A stretch of 32,000 bases of DNA from Candidatus Saccharimonadota bacterium (GTDB lineage Bacteria > Patescibacteriota > Saccharimonadia > Saccharimonadales > Saccharimonadaceae): assembly GCA_049296095.1 (NCBI GenBank), contig JBAQRV010000001.1, forward strand, positions 390,001 through 422,000, read 5' to 3'. Numbering within the stretch: position 1 is the stretch's first letter; the number at the start of each line of letters is the position of its first letter. Below, in pieces: positions 1-8,651 of the stretch. The position numbers and the translations under genes were made by a program. The notes beneath the pieces were generated by a model. It saw nothing but the letters and a program-made list of their open reading frames with translations, did no database searches and had not been told where the DNA came from.

Positions 1-1
1 C

Positions 2-1147
2 CTTGGAAAACTGTCCAAAGCGAAGGTTATTTTCGGCAGCGCGACGCCGTCGGTTGGTGATCGTTACCTGGCAGAAGTCACCAAGAGCCCAATCATTCGT
101 CTCGATAACTCGGCGCGTACCAAAGCCCAGAAAGCCGTTATCACCCTCGTCGATATGACCAAACGCGACAATTTCAAACATCACCGTTTCGTGTCTGATA
201 CCCTCATCCAGCACATCGAAAAAAACTTGGCGGCTGAAAAACAAACCCTGATCTTCCATAACCGCCGCGGTAGCGCCAGCACGACACTCTGCGAGAATTG
301 TGGCTGGGCAGCGATGTGCCCGAACTGTTTCGTGCCGCTAATCTTACACGCCGATACCTATAATCTATCCTGTCACATCTGTGGCTACCACGAAAAAGTC
401 CCAACCAATTGCCCCGTCTGCCAGTCTACCGATATCATCCACAAGGGTATCGGCACAAAATTAATCGAGTCTGAACTGCGTAAGCTCTTCCCGAAAGCCC
501 GAATTGCACGATTTGATTCGGATAATAAGACCGACGAAACGGTCAATAGCCTGTACGAGGACTTATACAAAGGCGTCATCGACATTGCGATCGGTACTCA
601 GGTTGTCGCCAAAGGCTTGGATCTTCCAAAACTCCGAACTGTCGGTGTCATCCAGGCTGACAGTGGCCTGTCACTTCCCGATTACGCCGCTAGCGAGCGT
701 AATTTCCAGCTGCTCGCGCAAGTTGTGGGACGCGTTGGTCGTGATGAACATGCCAGCGAGGCAATTATTCAGACCTATCAACCAACACACCCAGTTGTGG
801 GCTATGGCTTAGCCCAGGATTATGAATCTTTTTACGCGTATATCTTAAAGGAACGTGAAAAGGCCTATTTTCCCCCATTCACCTACCTCTTAAAACTCAC
901 CACCATCTATAAAACCGAAGCGGCGGCGATTCGCTCTGCTAAAACCTTGGCGCAATCATTAAGAAAAGACATCCATCCCGACGTCCATTTGCTGGGTCCG
1001 ACACCTGCATTCTATGAACGCGGACGCGATAGCTACCGCTGGCAGTTGATCCTCAAGAGCCCAAAACGTGAATATCTCGTCGATGCACTGCAATTCGTAC
1101 CACCGACTCATTGGCAATCCGAGCTCGATCCCCCTAGCCTCCTCTAG
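2..1147 (+). CDS. priA: Primosomal protein N' (PriA helicase), C-terminal ~380 aa; the 5' end lies outside the window
   Basis: The frame of ORF 155..1147 stays open back to nt 2 (LGKLSKAKVIFGSATPS...). It has the Cys-rich zinc-binding insert CENCGWAAMCPNCFVPLILH...CHICGYHEKVPTNCPVCQS and helicase C-terminal motifs (IGTQVVAKGLDLP, VGRVGR). It is followed by def-fmt. Confidence 0.9.
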   Translation, partial: LGKLSKAKVIFGSATPSVGDRYLAEVTKSPIIRLDNSARTKAQKAVITLVDMTKRDNFKHHRFVSDTLIQHIEKNLAAEKQTLIFHNRRGSASTTLCENCGWAAMCPNCFVPLILHADTYNLSCHICGYHEKVPTNCPVCQSTDIIHKGIGTKLIESELRKLFPKARIARFDSDNKTDETVNSLYEDLYKGVIDIAIGTQVVAKGLDLPKLRTVGVIQADSGLSLPDYAASERNFQLLAQVVGRVGRDEHASEAIIQTYQPTHPVVGYGLAQDYESFYAYILKEREKAYFPPFTYLLKLTTIYKTEAAAIRSAKTLAQSLRKDIHPDVHLLGPTPAFYERGRDSYRWQLILKSPKREYLVDALQFVPPTHWQSELDPPSLL

Positions 1148-1161
1148 CGACCCCTGGTATA

Positions 1162-1746
1162 ATGACGGGAATGACAAAAGAAGATATCATCACGCTGCCG
1201 AACCCGCACCTTCGCGAAAAATCGGCGCGCGTCAAAGAACTGACTGATCAGGTAAAAGACCTGATCGACCAGATGACCGCGGCTGCCCTCGACTGGGAGG
1301 CTTCGAGGCCACACGAGATCAGTGCCGCTCTGGCTGCCGTTCAGCTAGACAAGCTCGAACGGGTCGTGATTGTACGTAGCGACTTTGACGACAAGGCTTC
1401 AAATGATTTCACCGCCCTCATTAATCCAGAGATTGTGAAATACGAAGGAACTATCGAAGCTGATTACGAAGGCTGCCTGAGCGTCCGTGGTATATATGGC
1501 AAAGTTCCGCGCCACACCAAGATTCGCGTCAAGGCATTGAACGCCGAAGGCCAGGAAGTGCGCTTTAAAGCCGAAGGCTTCCTCGCCCGCGTCATTCAGC
1601 ATGAAATCGACCACACCAACGGCATCGTTTTTATCGATCACATTAAAGACAAGCGTGACAGCTTTTACACTCTCGACGAGAAAGGCGAGCTCATACCCCT
1701 TGATTATGACAAACACATCAAAGACAGTATTATTCTTTGGGACTGA
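1162..1746 (+). CDS. def: Peptide deformylase
   Basis: Metal-binding motifs EGCLSVRG and QHEIDHTNG are present, and the 194 aa length is typical. ATG 1171 is an alternative start. Confidence 0.92.
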   Translation: MTGMTKEDIITLPNPHLREKSARVKELTDQVKDLIDQMTAAALDWEASRPHEISAALAAVQLDKLERVVIVRSDFDDKASNDFTALINPEIVKYEGTIEADYEGCLSVRGIYGKVPRHTKIRVKALNAEGQEVRFKAEGFLARVIQHEIDHTNGIVFIDHIKDKRDSFYTLDEKGELIPLDYDKHIKDSIILWD

Positions 1747-2593
1747 TAGCTTTAGCGCCTCGGCGCTACAGGCGTTGATCTACGGTGGCTATAATATTGG
1801 CGCCGTTATTACCAAACCTGACAGCAAACAAGGTCGCGGACAGCAACTGACTGCCCCAATCGTAAAGACTATTGCTGAAAAAAACGGCATACCCGTCTGG
1901 CAACCGCTCCGATTAGCGGACATAACAGAGGATGTTAAAGCATTCGGGTCGGTCGTCGGCGTACTTTCAAGTTATGGGAAGATTGTTCCTCAATCAATTA
2001 TCGATCTGTTCGAACCAGGCATTATTAACATTCACCCATCACTATTGCCACGATATCGAGGTCCGTCACCGATTGAAACGGCCATCCTGAATGGCGACAA
2101 CGAGACTGGTGTGACGATTATGAAGCTCGAGGCAGGTATGGACTCGGGGCCGATCTACGCTCAAGAAACCTATCCCCTCAAGGGCACCGAAACCCAACCT
2201 GAACTCTACGACGCACTGTCGCGCTTTGGCGCTGAACTGCTTGTAAAAACCCTGCCCAAGATCTTGAGTGGCGAGATTCGGCCATTAGTACAGGTTGGTG
2301 AGGCGGTGTATTGTCACCTGCTACGAAAAGAAGACGCCCTGGTAGACGCTTCTCGATTCACAGCAGCTGAAATTGAGCGCCGCGTACGTGCCTACCTCAC
2401 TTTTCCGAAGACGAAACTCATTTTAAACGGTCAGACTGTCACTATTACCAAGTCACATGTCTCTACAGAGCGAACTTCACTGCTTGATCAGACCTGCAAA
2501 GATGGTCAGTTCCTAGTGATCGACCAATTGGTTGGACCAAGCGGCCGACAGATGTCAGGTAAGGATTTTTTGAACGGTTACGCCGCAGGTTGA
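1706..2593 (+). CDS. fmt: Methionyl-tRNA formyltransferase
   Basis: The N-terminus MTNTSKTVLFFGTDSFS, the INIHPSLLPRYRGPSPI motif and the position after def all fit Fmt. The track ORF starts at 1601, but the Fmt-like N-terminus begins at ATG 1706, which overlaps def by 41 nt. Confidence 0.9.
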   Translation: MTNTSKTVLFFGTDSFSASALQALIYGGYNIGAVITKPDSKQGRGQQLTAPIVKTIAEKNGIPVWQPLRLADITEDVKAFGSVVGVLSSYGKIVPQSIIDLFEPGIINIHPSLLPRYRGPSPIETAILNGDNETGVTIMKLEAGMDSGPIYAQETYPLKGTETQPELYDALSRFGAELLVKTLPKILSGEIRPLVQVGEAVYCHLLRKEDALVDASRFTAAEIERRVRAYLTFPKTKLILNGQTVTITKSHVSTERTSLLDQTCKDGQFLVIDQLVGPSGRQMSGKDFLNGYAAG

Positions 2594-3015
2594 GCACTCG
2601 ATCCGAGGATCGCGTCCTTATTCTTCATAATTTCTTGTTTAATCTCTTCGAGGGTTCGCGCAACCACATCGCGGTAGTCCGGGCGATTTACTTCGAGCCA
2701 TTTTGTGGCAGCATATTCGGCTTTGAGGCCAAAGTCATCGACAGGTAAATTAGTTGCCTGTGCGAGACGTTGAAATACTTCTTCATTTTTGAAATCAGGT
2801 GCATGCTGAGCAATCCAGCCATCAATCACGTCTTGTTTGCGATCGATAATCGATTCGAATTCACTGAGCTGTGCGTCGGTCATACCTTCGCTCAGTCGAA
2901 CACCGACCTGACGCTCTAATTGTTCGTAGGTATGTTGAAGAAATGGCTTCTTTTGTTCGTCTGGGAGACTGCCTAGGCCAACATCGATGAGAAATTGATC
3001 GTCTAGTTGAAACAT
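2578..3015 (-). CDS. Hypothetical acidic helical protein (145 aa), last gene of the rpsA-infB unit
   Basis: It is a clean ORF on the same strand 45 nt downstream of infB. I recognise no motif. Its 3' end overlaps the fmt 3' end by 16 nt (convergent). Confidence 0.6.
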   Translation of the reverse strand: MFQLDDQFLIDVGLGSLPDEQKKPFLQHTYEQLERQVGVRLSEGMTDAQLSEFESIIDRKQDVIDGWIAQHAPDFKNEEVFQRLAQATNLPVDDFGLKAEYAATKWLEVNRPDYRDVVARTLEEIKQEIMKNKDAILGSSAQPAA

Positions 3016-3060
3016 GCGCTGATTTCCTTGCTTATACGTTTATTGTACCACTCTTGCTAT

Positions 3061-4833
3061 TTAACCGAGGGTACGTTGTTTGAGCTCACGAGTAAAGAAT
3101 TCGAGGACGTCGCCTTCTTCAAGTTGCAGTTTTCGGGTCGTTTTCAGGTTGATGCCACAGAGGTCACCTTCAAAGACTTCTTTGGCTTCGGTCTTTTCGC
3201 GTTGGACACTCGTCACAACCGCTTCACCGAGGACTTCGTCGCCGCGCTTGGCACGGACCAGAAGGTCTTTGGTGACCTTGCCACGGATAACTTCTCCACC
3301 AGCAATAACTTGTTCTTTCAAGGTACGGAAAACGCCCTTGATTTTCAGTGCACCGATTTCGGTTTCAACAACTTCAGGTGCGAGGAGAGCTTCCATTGAA
3401 GCGCGGGCGTCGTCGAGCAGTTCGTAAATAACTTTGTAGAGTCGGACTTCAGCCCGTTCGCGAGTGGCGACACGTTTGACGGCTGGAGAAAGTTCAACAT
3501 TGAAACCGTAGATGACGGTCTTGCCATCGGCAGCTTGGCGAACATCGTTTTCGGTGATGTTTCCGACACCGCTACTGACGATATGAAGCGAAACGGCTCC
3601 ACCAGTTTCGATCAAGCGAAGGCTGTCGATAACAGAGGTTAGTGAACCCTGAACATCGGCTTTAACGATCACATTAAAGTCCTCGGCTTCTTCTTTTTGG
3701 GTCATGAGTTTCAACATGTCGGCACTGGTCACATTAGTACTGGCTGCGCTATGAGCCTGTTCGATTTTAGCGGCAGCAATACGAGTGCGGGCTTCTTTTT
3801 CAGTTTTATACATTTCAAAACTGTCACCAAATTGTGGCAGTTCCTTAAAACCAGTAATCGTGACTGGCGTTGAGGGGCCAGCTTCCTTGATTGGCTTGCC
3901 TGTGAAATCAAGCAGCGTACGAACCTTGCCATAGGCAGTACCAGCAACCAGGTATGAACTTGGTTTCAAGGTTCCCTGTTCGATCAACAGACCGACCACG
4001 GCGCCACGGCCAGTTTCCATGTGGGCTTCGATCACGAGACCTTCAGCGGGGATGTCGGCGTCAGCCTTTAATTCCTCTAGATCGGCGACCAATAGGACCA
4101 TGTCGAGCAACTTGTCGATGTTTTCGCCAGTCTTGGCACTGACTTCCACCATCACCACATCACCGCCCCATTCTTCTGGGTTCAAGTTGTGTTCGGTTGC
4201 CAATTGAGTTTTCACCAACTGCGGGTTCGCGGTTTCTTTGTCGATCTTGTTGATCGCCACGACGATTTTGGCATTGGCTGAACGGGCAAAGCGAATTGCT
4301 TCGATCGTTTGCGGTTTGACACCATCATCGGCGGCAACCACGATAATAACGACATCGGTCAGAGCCGCACCGTGCTGACGAAGCGCTGCGAAAGCTTCGT
4401 GACCAGGAGTGTCGAGCAAGGTAATCGCTCGGCCTTTGCGAATGGTTTGGTAGGCACTAATGTGCTGGGTAATACCACCAGCTTCGCCGTCGGCAACTTT
4501 TTGTCCCAGAATTGCATCGAGCAAACTGGTTTTACCATGATCAACATGACCCATGACGGCCACAATCGGTGGTCGTTCGACGGCGTGGTCAGAAAGTTCA
4601 TGCACACGACGAACAACATCAGCCCCGCCGGTTTCTTTTTTCTTTAGTTCAACATCGAGCCCGAGCTCTTCAACGATAATGGTTGCTGTTTCAAAGTCAA
4701 TCCGTTGATTGATGGTCGCAGCAATACCGTTTTTGAAGAGCTCACCGACAAGTGTCGTGACAGAGAGGTTGAGCACTTCGGCCAGCTCGCCAACGGTGAT
4801 CGAATCGCCAATTGTTAAGACTTTTTCGTCCAT
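3061..4833 (-). CDS. infB: Translation initiation factor IF-2 (short form, 590 aa)
   Basis: GTPase motifs [17 protein letters not shown] and NKID are present. The IF-2 N-terminal segment VGELAEVLN and the C-terminal domains are also recognisable. Confidence 0.95.
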   Translation of the reverse strand: MDEKVLTIGDSITVGELAEVLNLSVTTLVGELFKNGIAATINQRIDFETATIIVEELGLDVELKKKETGGADVVRRVHELSDHAVERPPIVAVMGHVDHGKTSLLDAILGQKVADGEAGGITQHISAYQTIRKGRAITLLDTPGHEAFAALRQHGAALTDVVIIVVAADDGVKPQTIEAIRFARSANAKIVVAINKIDKETANPQLVKTQLATEHNLNPEEWGGDVVMVEVSAKTGENIDKLLDMVLLVADLEELKADADIPAEGLVIEAHMETGRGAVVGLLIEQGTLKPSSYLVAGTAYGKVRTLLDFTGKPIKEAGPSTPVTITGFKELPQFGDSFEMYKTEKEARTRIAAAKIEQAHSAASTNVTSADMLKLMTQKEEAEDFNVIVKADVQGSLTSVIDSLRLIETGGAVSLHIVSSGVGNITENDVRQAADGKTVIYGFNVELSPAVKRVATRERAEVRLYKVIYELLDDARASMEALLAPEVVETEIGALKIKGVFRTLKEQVIAGGEVIRGKVTKDLLVRAKRGDEVLGEAVVTSVQREKTEAKEVFEGDLCGINLKTTRKLQLEEGDVLEFFTRELKQRTLG

Positions 4834-4868
4834 AGTGAGTGCTCCTTTCCCTTATCATAGGTCGTTAC

Positions 4869-5951
4869 TTATTTAGATTTTTTGGTTGCACCAGGCAAGC
4901 CGAGTGATATCTTGCGGCTGTCTTTTTCAACATCAAGGACAACAAATTCTTTGCGTTCGTTCAATGTAAAGACTTTTTCAGGATCCTGAGCGTCGCCTTC
5001 ACCAAGTTCACTGACGTGAACGAGGGCTTCAACGGCTGGAGAGATCTGTACGAAGGCACCAAATGGTGTAATTCGTGTCACCGTTCCTTCAACCTTGTCG
5101 CCAGATTTGAATTGATCAACTTCGCTCATCCATGGGTCCTCAGAGAGTTGCTTCATGCTGAGTGAGAGGCGATCTTTGTCGATAGCGATAATCTTGGCTT
5201 CGATAGTTTGACCAACCTTGACGTAGTCGCTCGGGTTGTTGACTCGTTCCCAGCTAATTTCGCTGATGTGAACCAGACCTTCAATACCTTCGACGTTAAC
5301 AAAGACACCGTAATCGACAACACCAGTTGCAACACCCTTGACGGTGTCACCGATCTTGAGTTGTTCAAAGCGAGCCGCCAGGCCTTCTTTGACCGCTTCT
5401 TTTTCAGAGAAGATCAACTTGTTGGCTTTGCGGTCTGCATCAAGGATGCGAACCTTCAAAGTTTGGTTGATCAGTGAGTTGAGGCGTTGGAGAATTTCTT
5501 CTTTGTCGCTTGAGCCAACTCGTGGGTAGTGTTCAGCTGAAAGTTGAGAAACAGGCAGGAATCCGCGGACGCCGTCGTATTCAACCAATAGGCCGCCACG
5601 GTTTGCGTCGTATGGAGAGACGTCGATGATTTCGCCGCTTTCCATTTTGACAACCAGTTCGTCCCAGCCCTTGTCCTTGGCTGCTTTTCGGAGCGAGAGA
5701 AGCACCTGTCCGTTATCCATTTCTGGATCAACAATACTGGCGCTGACTTCGTCACCTTCTTTGAGCGCGTTTGAGTAGCCGACTTCGCGGCGTGGAACCA
5801 GTCCGATACCGAAAGCACCGAGGTCGATGAGGATTTCGTGCTTACGAATCGTCAGAACGACGCCATCAATCACCTCTCCTTGAGTTAATTGCTTTGAACC
5901 TTCCTCTGTTGCGAGTAGTTCATCCATTGTTATTGCGGCTTTAGTTGCCAT
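4869..5951 (-). CDS. rpsA: 30S ribosomal protein S1 (four S1 domains, 360 aa)
   Basis: S1/OB repeats recur (GxVxxVxxxGAFVxL-like, e.g. VKGVATGVVDYGVFVNVEGIEGLVHISE and VEGTVTRITPFGAFVQISPAVEALVHVSE). The exact start is uncertain (ATG 5951 or the internal Met codon 9). Confidence 0.88.
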   Translation of the reverse strand: MATKAAITMDELLATEEGSKQLTQGEVIDGVVLTIRKHEILIDLGAFGIGLVPRREVGYSNALKEGDEVSASIVDPEMDNGQVLLSLRKAAKDKGWDELVVKMESGEIIDVSPYDANRGGLLVEYDGVRGFLPVSQLSAEHYPRVGSSDKEEILQRLNSLINQTLKVRILDADRKANKLIFSEKEAVKEGLAARFEQLKIGDTVKGVATGVVDYGVFVNVEGIEGLVHISEISWERVNNPSDYVKVGQTIEAKIIAIDKDRLSLSMKQLSEDPWMSEVDQFKSGDKVEGTVTRITPFGAFVQISPAVEALVHVSELGEGDAQDPEKVFTLNERKEFVVLDVEKDSRKISLGLPGATKKSK

Positions 5952-6056
5952 AAGTCTTAGTAAGACTCCTTCCTTAGTTTATATTCGCGGGTCACACTAA
6001 AAGAGTTTGTGACCTCCTCGATTAGGTCTTATTGTACCTCAGTTAAGGGAATAAGT

Positions 6057-6425
6057 CTAGAGCTGGGCGCGGGCGCGACGAGAGGTCACGTAGTAGCCAA
6101 CGCTGAGTGCGAGCAAGGCTATCGCCAGGAGCTGCATGAGTTCAGGGCCAGTCGCAGGCAGTTCGGCTGCGTTCGCGCTGGTTGATGTCGCAGTATTTGT
6201 CTGAGTTTCTTCAGCCTGGACCGGTTCGCTGTTCGTTTCGGCCGCAACTTCAGACTGCTCTTGGAGTTGCTGTTCGGCAATCTTGATCGCTTCATCACGG
6301 CGAGCCTGCTCACCGCGCTGATTCACCAACCAAATCCCCCCAAACACTAGTCCTGCGAGGATAATAATCCCTGCCACGAACACCACACCTGCCCGTGTTA
6401 TTCGCCATCCGTTGAATATTGACAT
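6057..6425 (-). CDS. Small LPxTG (LPATG) sortase-substrate surface protein with an N-terminal membrane anchor
   Basis: There is an N-terminal TM segment (VVFVAGIIILAGLVFGGIWLV). The C-terminal sorting signal is ELPATGPE plus a hydrophobic stretch (LMQLLAIALLALSVGYYV) plus a basic tail (RRARAQL). The middle is acidic and Gln/Thr-rich. Confidence 0.8.
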   Translation of the reverse strand: MSIFNGWRITRAGVVFVAGIIILAGLVFGGIWLVNQRGEQARRDEAIKIAEQQLQEQSEVAAETNSEPVQAEETQTNTATSTSANAAELPATGPELMQLLAIALLALSVGYYVTSRRARAQL

Positions 6426-6448
6426 AACACGTTCTCCCTTTATGACCT

Positions 6449-7399
6449 CTATTGTACTGTATTTTTAAGTGGAATAGTAATAGTTGTATTACCCATCTTA
6501 ATAACAACATCCGAACCCTCAAGGATGGAATAAATATTTTCTATTGTCGCTATTCTCTTCCACCCTTTTAGGCCAATGACAGTAAGGGTATCCTCATAAT
6601 TACTTTCGATACTAACAGCGGACATTGTATCTTTCCGATAAGACATATCCTTTAGATTTTTCGACAATCGTGCAAAAGCTCCATCTTTCACCATTGAGTT
6701 AATCAGTTGTTTTGCGAGGAGTTCGTATCCATCTTCAAGTTCAAGGTGTTTATCAGATGTAAGTAATACGGTATCAAGTCGGTGAGTAGTTTGTCGCTGA
6801 AAACTATCACCTGCATCAAACAGGCCAAATGTGTCACAGAATGTGTCGGCGAGATTATCACTAACCGCTTTGTATAATTGCCGTGTTAATGCGATATATT
6901 CACGATTTTTAGACGTGGAATCTTTTGCAATAATTGATACAGCTATCTGCTTTGATTTAACAGGGCCTCCGAGCTGGATCGACCCTTCGTTACTATCATG
7001 AAACAGTTTAAAATCCAACTGGTCTAACTCCTCAATAGAATACCAAGGTTCTGCATGCAATGTTTTGATTCTTTCGACCAAACTATCCATATTCGAAACA
7101 TGAAGAGTTTTTTTGATCTCTGCAGAAACTTGGCCCAAGGCAATATCGACTCTTTCCTCGTTAAGTTCTAGGTCTAGTCTAGACATAACTCTTTGATTCA
7201 ATGAAGTCAACTTGTTATATGAACTCAGCTCAATGTAAACAAATCCACCGTGATAGGTCTTTCCAACTAAATCGTAGTCAATGTACTTATATAGACCCTT
7301 GCTCGATAAGTAATCAACAATAGACATATAGAAAAGATGCTCATAAAGATGCGCATTCAGTATAGACGAAGATTTTTTGAGAAAAATATATTGTTTCAT
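6449..7399 (-). CDS. Hypothetical protein (316 aa) in an AT-rich gene; N-terminal HxxEH motif reminiscent of M16 (pitrilysin/insulinase) metallopeptidases
   Basis: It is a long uninterrupted ORF. Sample lines count at 32-37% GC against ~50% for the flanks. The motif NAHLYEHLFY (HxxEH) follows an N-terminal beta-like strand, and ELSSY lies downstream. There is no signal peptide. Confidence 0.6.
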   Translation of the reverse strand: MKQYIFLKKSSSILNAHLYEHLFYMSIVDYLSSKGLYKYIDYDLVGKTYHGGFVYIELSSYNKLTSLNQRVMSRLDLELNEERVDIALGQVSAEIKKTLHVSNMDSLVERIKTLHAEPWYSIEELDQLDFKLFHDSNEGSIQLGGPVKSKQIAVSIIAKDSTSKNREYIALTRQLYKAVSDNLADTFCDTFGLFDAGDSFQRQTTHRLDTVLLTSDKHLELEDGYELLAKQLINSMVKDGAFARLSKNLKDMSYRKDTMSAVSIESNYEDTLTVIGLKGWKRIATIENIYSILEGSDVVIKMGNTTITIPLKNTVQ

Positions 7400-7428
7400 A
7401 AGAATATCTATATTATAGACTAATACCT

Positions 7429-7465
7429 AAAAAGAGTAATGCCCCGCCGACCTAGGTCGGCGGGG
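7429..7465 (-). terminator. Rho-independent terminator of the GC-rich mini-gene
   Basis: On the - strand, CCCCGCCGAC-CTAG-GTCGGCGGGG is followed by CATTACTCTTTTT. Confidence 0.6.
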
Positions 7466-7498
7466 CGAGGGTAGATCAGCGCGGCTTTCGCCGTTGAG

Positions 7499-7672
7499 TC
7501 ACCAGCTGCGGCGACCCTGCGTGTTCTTGCCCTTGGTGTCGTGCACCTTCCTGGAGTCCTGCCCCTTCGACTTCTTGGGGGCGCCGAGGTTCGCGAGGCG
7601 GTCGGTGAACGACTGCTGCTTGCCGGACTTCTTCGGGCTGTAGGACCTGAAGTTGGGCTTCTTGTTTCCCAC
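7499..7672 (-). CDS. 57-aa lysine-rich basic protein encoded by a high-GC mini-gene (GTG start)
   Basis: Translation is (M)GNKKPNFRSYSPKKSGKQQSFTDRLANLGAPKKSKGQDSRKVHDTKGKNTQGRRSW. In this frame 55 of 57 codons end in G or C, while the two overlapping frames do not show this bias. SD AGAGGA lies 9 nt upstream of GTG 7672. A promoter lies upstream and a hairpin terminator downstream. Confidence 0.65.
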   Translation of the reverse strand: MGNKKPNFRSYSPKKSGKQQSFTDRLANLGAPKKSKGQDSRKVHDTKGKNTQGRRSW

Positions 7673-7748
7673 GGTAGTGCATCCTCTCGAGAGGACGATA
7701 GAGGTATCGTGACCGAGTTCTGACCAGGATGATCCGAACTTGTGTAAT

Positions 7749-7777
7749 ATAATATCATATAGATGCATTAATGTCAA
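7749..7777 (-). promoter_or_regulatory. Sigma-70-type promoter TTGACA-N17-TATTAT driving the mini-gene
   Basis: The -35 TTGACA is at 7777..7772, the spacer is 17 nt, and the -10 TATTAT is at 7754..7749. All were read directly on the - strand. Confidence 0.6.
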
Positions 7778-7795
7778 GTAGTATATGTTGTGTTT

Positions 7796-7824
7796 TTGAG
7801 AATCAGCTTACCTACCATTATGCT
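7796..7824 (+). promoter_or_regulatory. Candidate promoter TTGAGA-N17-TATGCT for the ROK kinase gene, implying a near-leaderless mRNA
   Basis: The -35 is at 7796..7801 and the -10 at 7819..7824. ATG 7836 lies only ~12 nt after the -10, and no SD is visible. Confidence 0.4.
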
Positions 7825-7835
7825 AAACTAACAAC

Positions 7836-8651
7836 ATGATCATAACGGTGGACACTGGGGGAACAAAGACGCTTGTAGCCAGCTTTTTGGAAGATGGCCA
7901 GATTGGTGAGCAGTTCCAATTCCCTACCCCAAAAAGTACCACCGAATACACCGAAACGCTTCTCGCGGCACTGCGCGAACACTTCCTCGGCGAGACAGTT
8001 GATGCCATCGTCGTCGGCATCCCAGGTATCGTCAAAGACGGCACAGCCATCTGGTGCAAGAACCTGAAGTGGAAGAACTTTAACGTTGGCGCTGCCCTTC
8101 ATGGTGCGCTTGGCAATGCGCCTGTCTTTATCGAGAACGATGCCAACCTCGCTGGTTTAGCCGAAACGCGCCAGCTGAATATTATTCCTGAACTCTCTTT
8201 ATATGTCACTGTCAGTACAGGCATTGGCAGCGGCATTATCACCAACGGCGTTATCAACCAGGCACTCCGCTACAGTGAAGCTGGCCATTCGCTCGTCGAA
8301 TACGATGGTGCCGTACGCGAGTGGGAGAGCTTTGCCTCAGGCAAAGCCATCTACGAGACCTACGGCAAATATGCCCGCGACATCACTAGCAAAAAAATAT
8401 GGGACGAGATCGCCGACCGTATCAGCCGCGGCTTTTTGGCCGTCATTCCTACCCTCCAGCCATCGGTTATTATCATTGGTGGCAGCATTGGCACCTACTT
8501 TGACCGCTTCGGCAAACAACTCGATGTTATCTTGAAAGAAAAACTTCCCGACCACATTCCACTCCCTACTATCGTTCAGGCGCAACACCCAGAACAAGCC
8601 GTTATTTATGGATGCTACTACTATGCCCTCGATGCACTCACTACTGTCTAA
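7836..8651 (+). CDS. ROK-family sugar kinase (glucokinase-like), 271 aa
   Basis: It has the N-terminal ATP-binding motif ITVDTGGTKTLVA, the ENDANLAGLAE motif and the C-terminal IIIGGSIG motif. Confidence 0.8.
   Translation: MIITVDTGGTKTLVASFLEDGQIGEQFQFPTPKSTTEYTETLLAALREHFLGETVDAIVVGIPGIVKDGTAIWCKNLKWKNFNVGAALHGALGNAPVFIENDANLAGLAETRQLNIIPELSLYVTVSTGIGSGIITNGVINQALRYSEAGHSLVEYDGAVREWESFASGKAIYETYGKYARDITSKKIWDEIADRISRGFLAVIPTLQPSVIIIGGSIGTYFDRFGKQLDVILKEKLPDHIPLPTIVQAQHPEQAVIYGCYYYALDALTTV

Noticed and set aside
1601-1705. The upstream extensions of fmt (track start 1601) and of the SGNH gene (track start 9764), and the internal start of priA (155).
   Set aside because: The extensions overlap neighbouring genes and lack family-typical N-termini. 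The priA frame is open to the window edge, so Met 155 is internal.
7420-7758. Alternative ORFs in the GC-rich patch (112 aa at 7420..7758, 68 aa at 7476..7682, and + strand 7541..7723).
   Set aside because: The 112-aa frame reads through the terminator hairpin. The other frames lack the extreme third-position G/C bias (55 of 57 codons) seen in the GTG 7672 frame.
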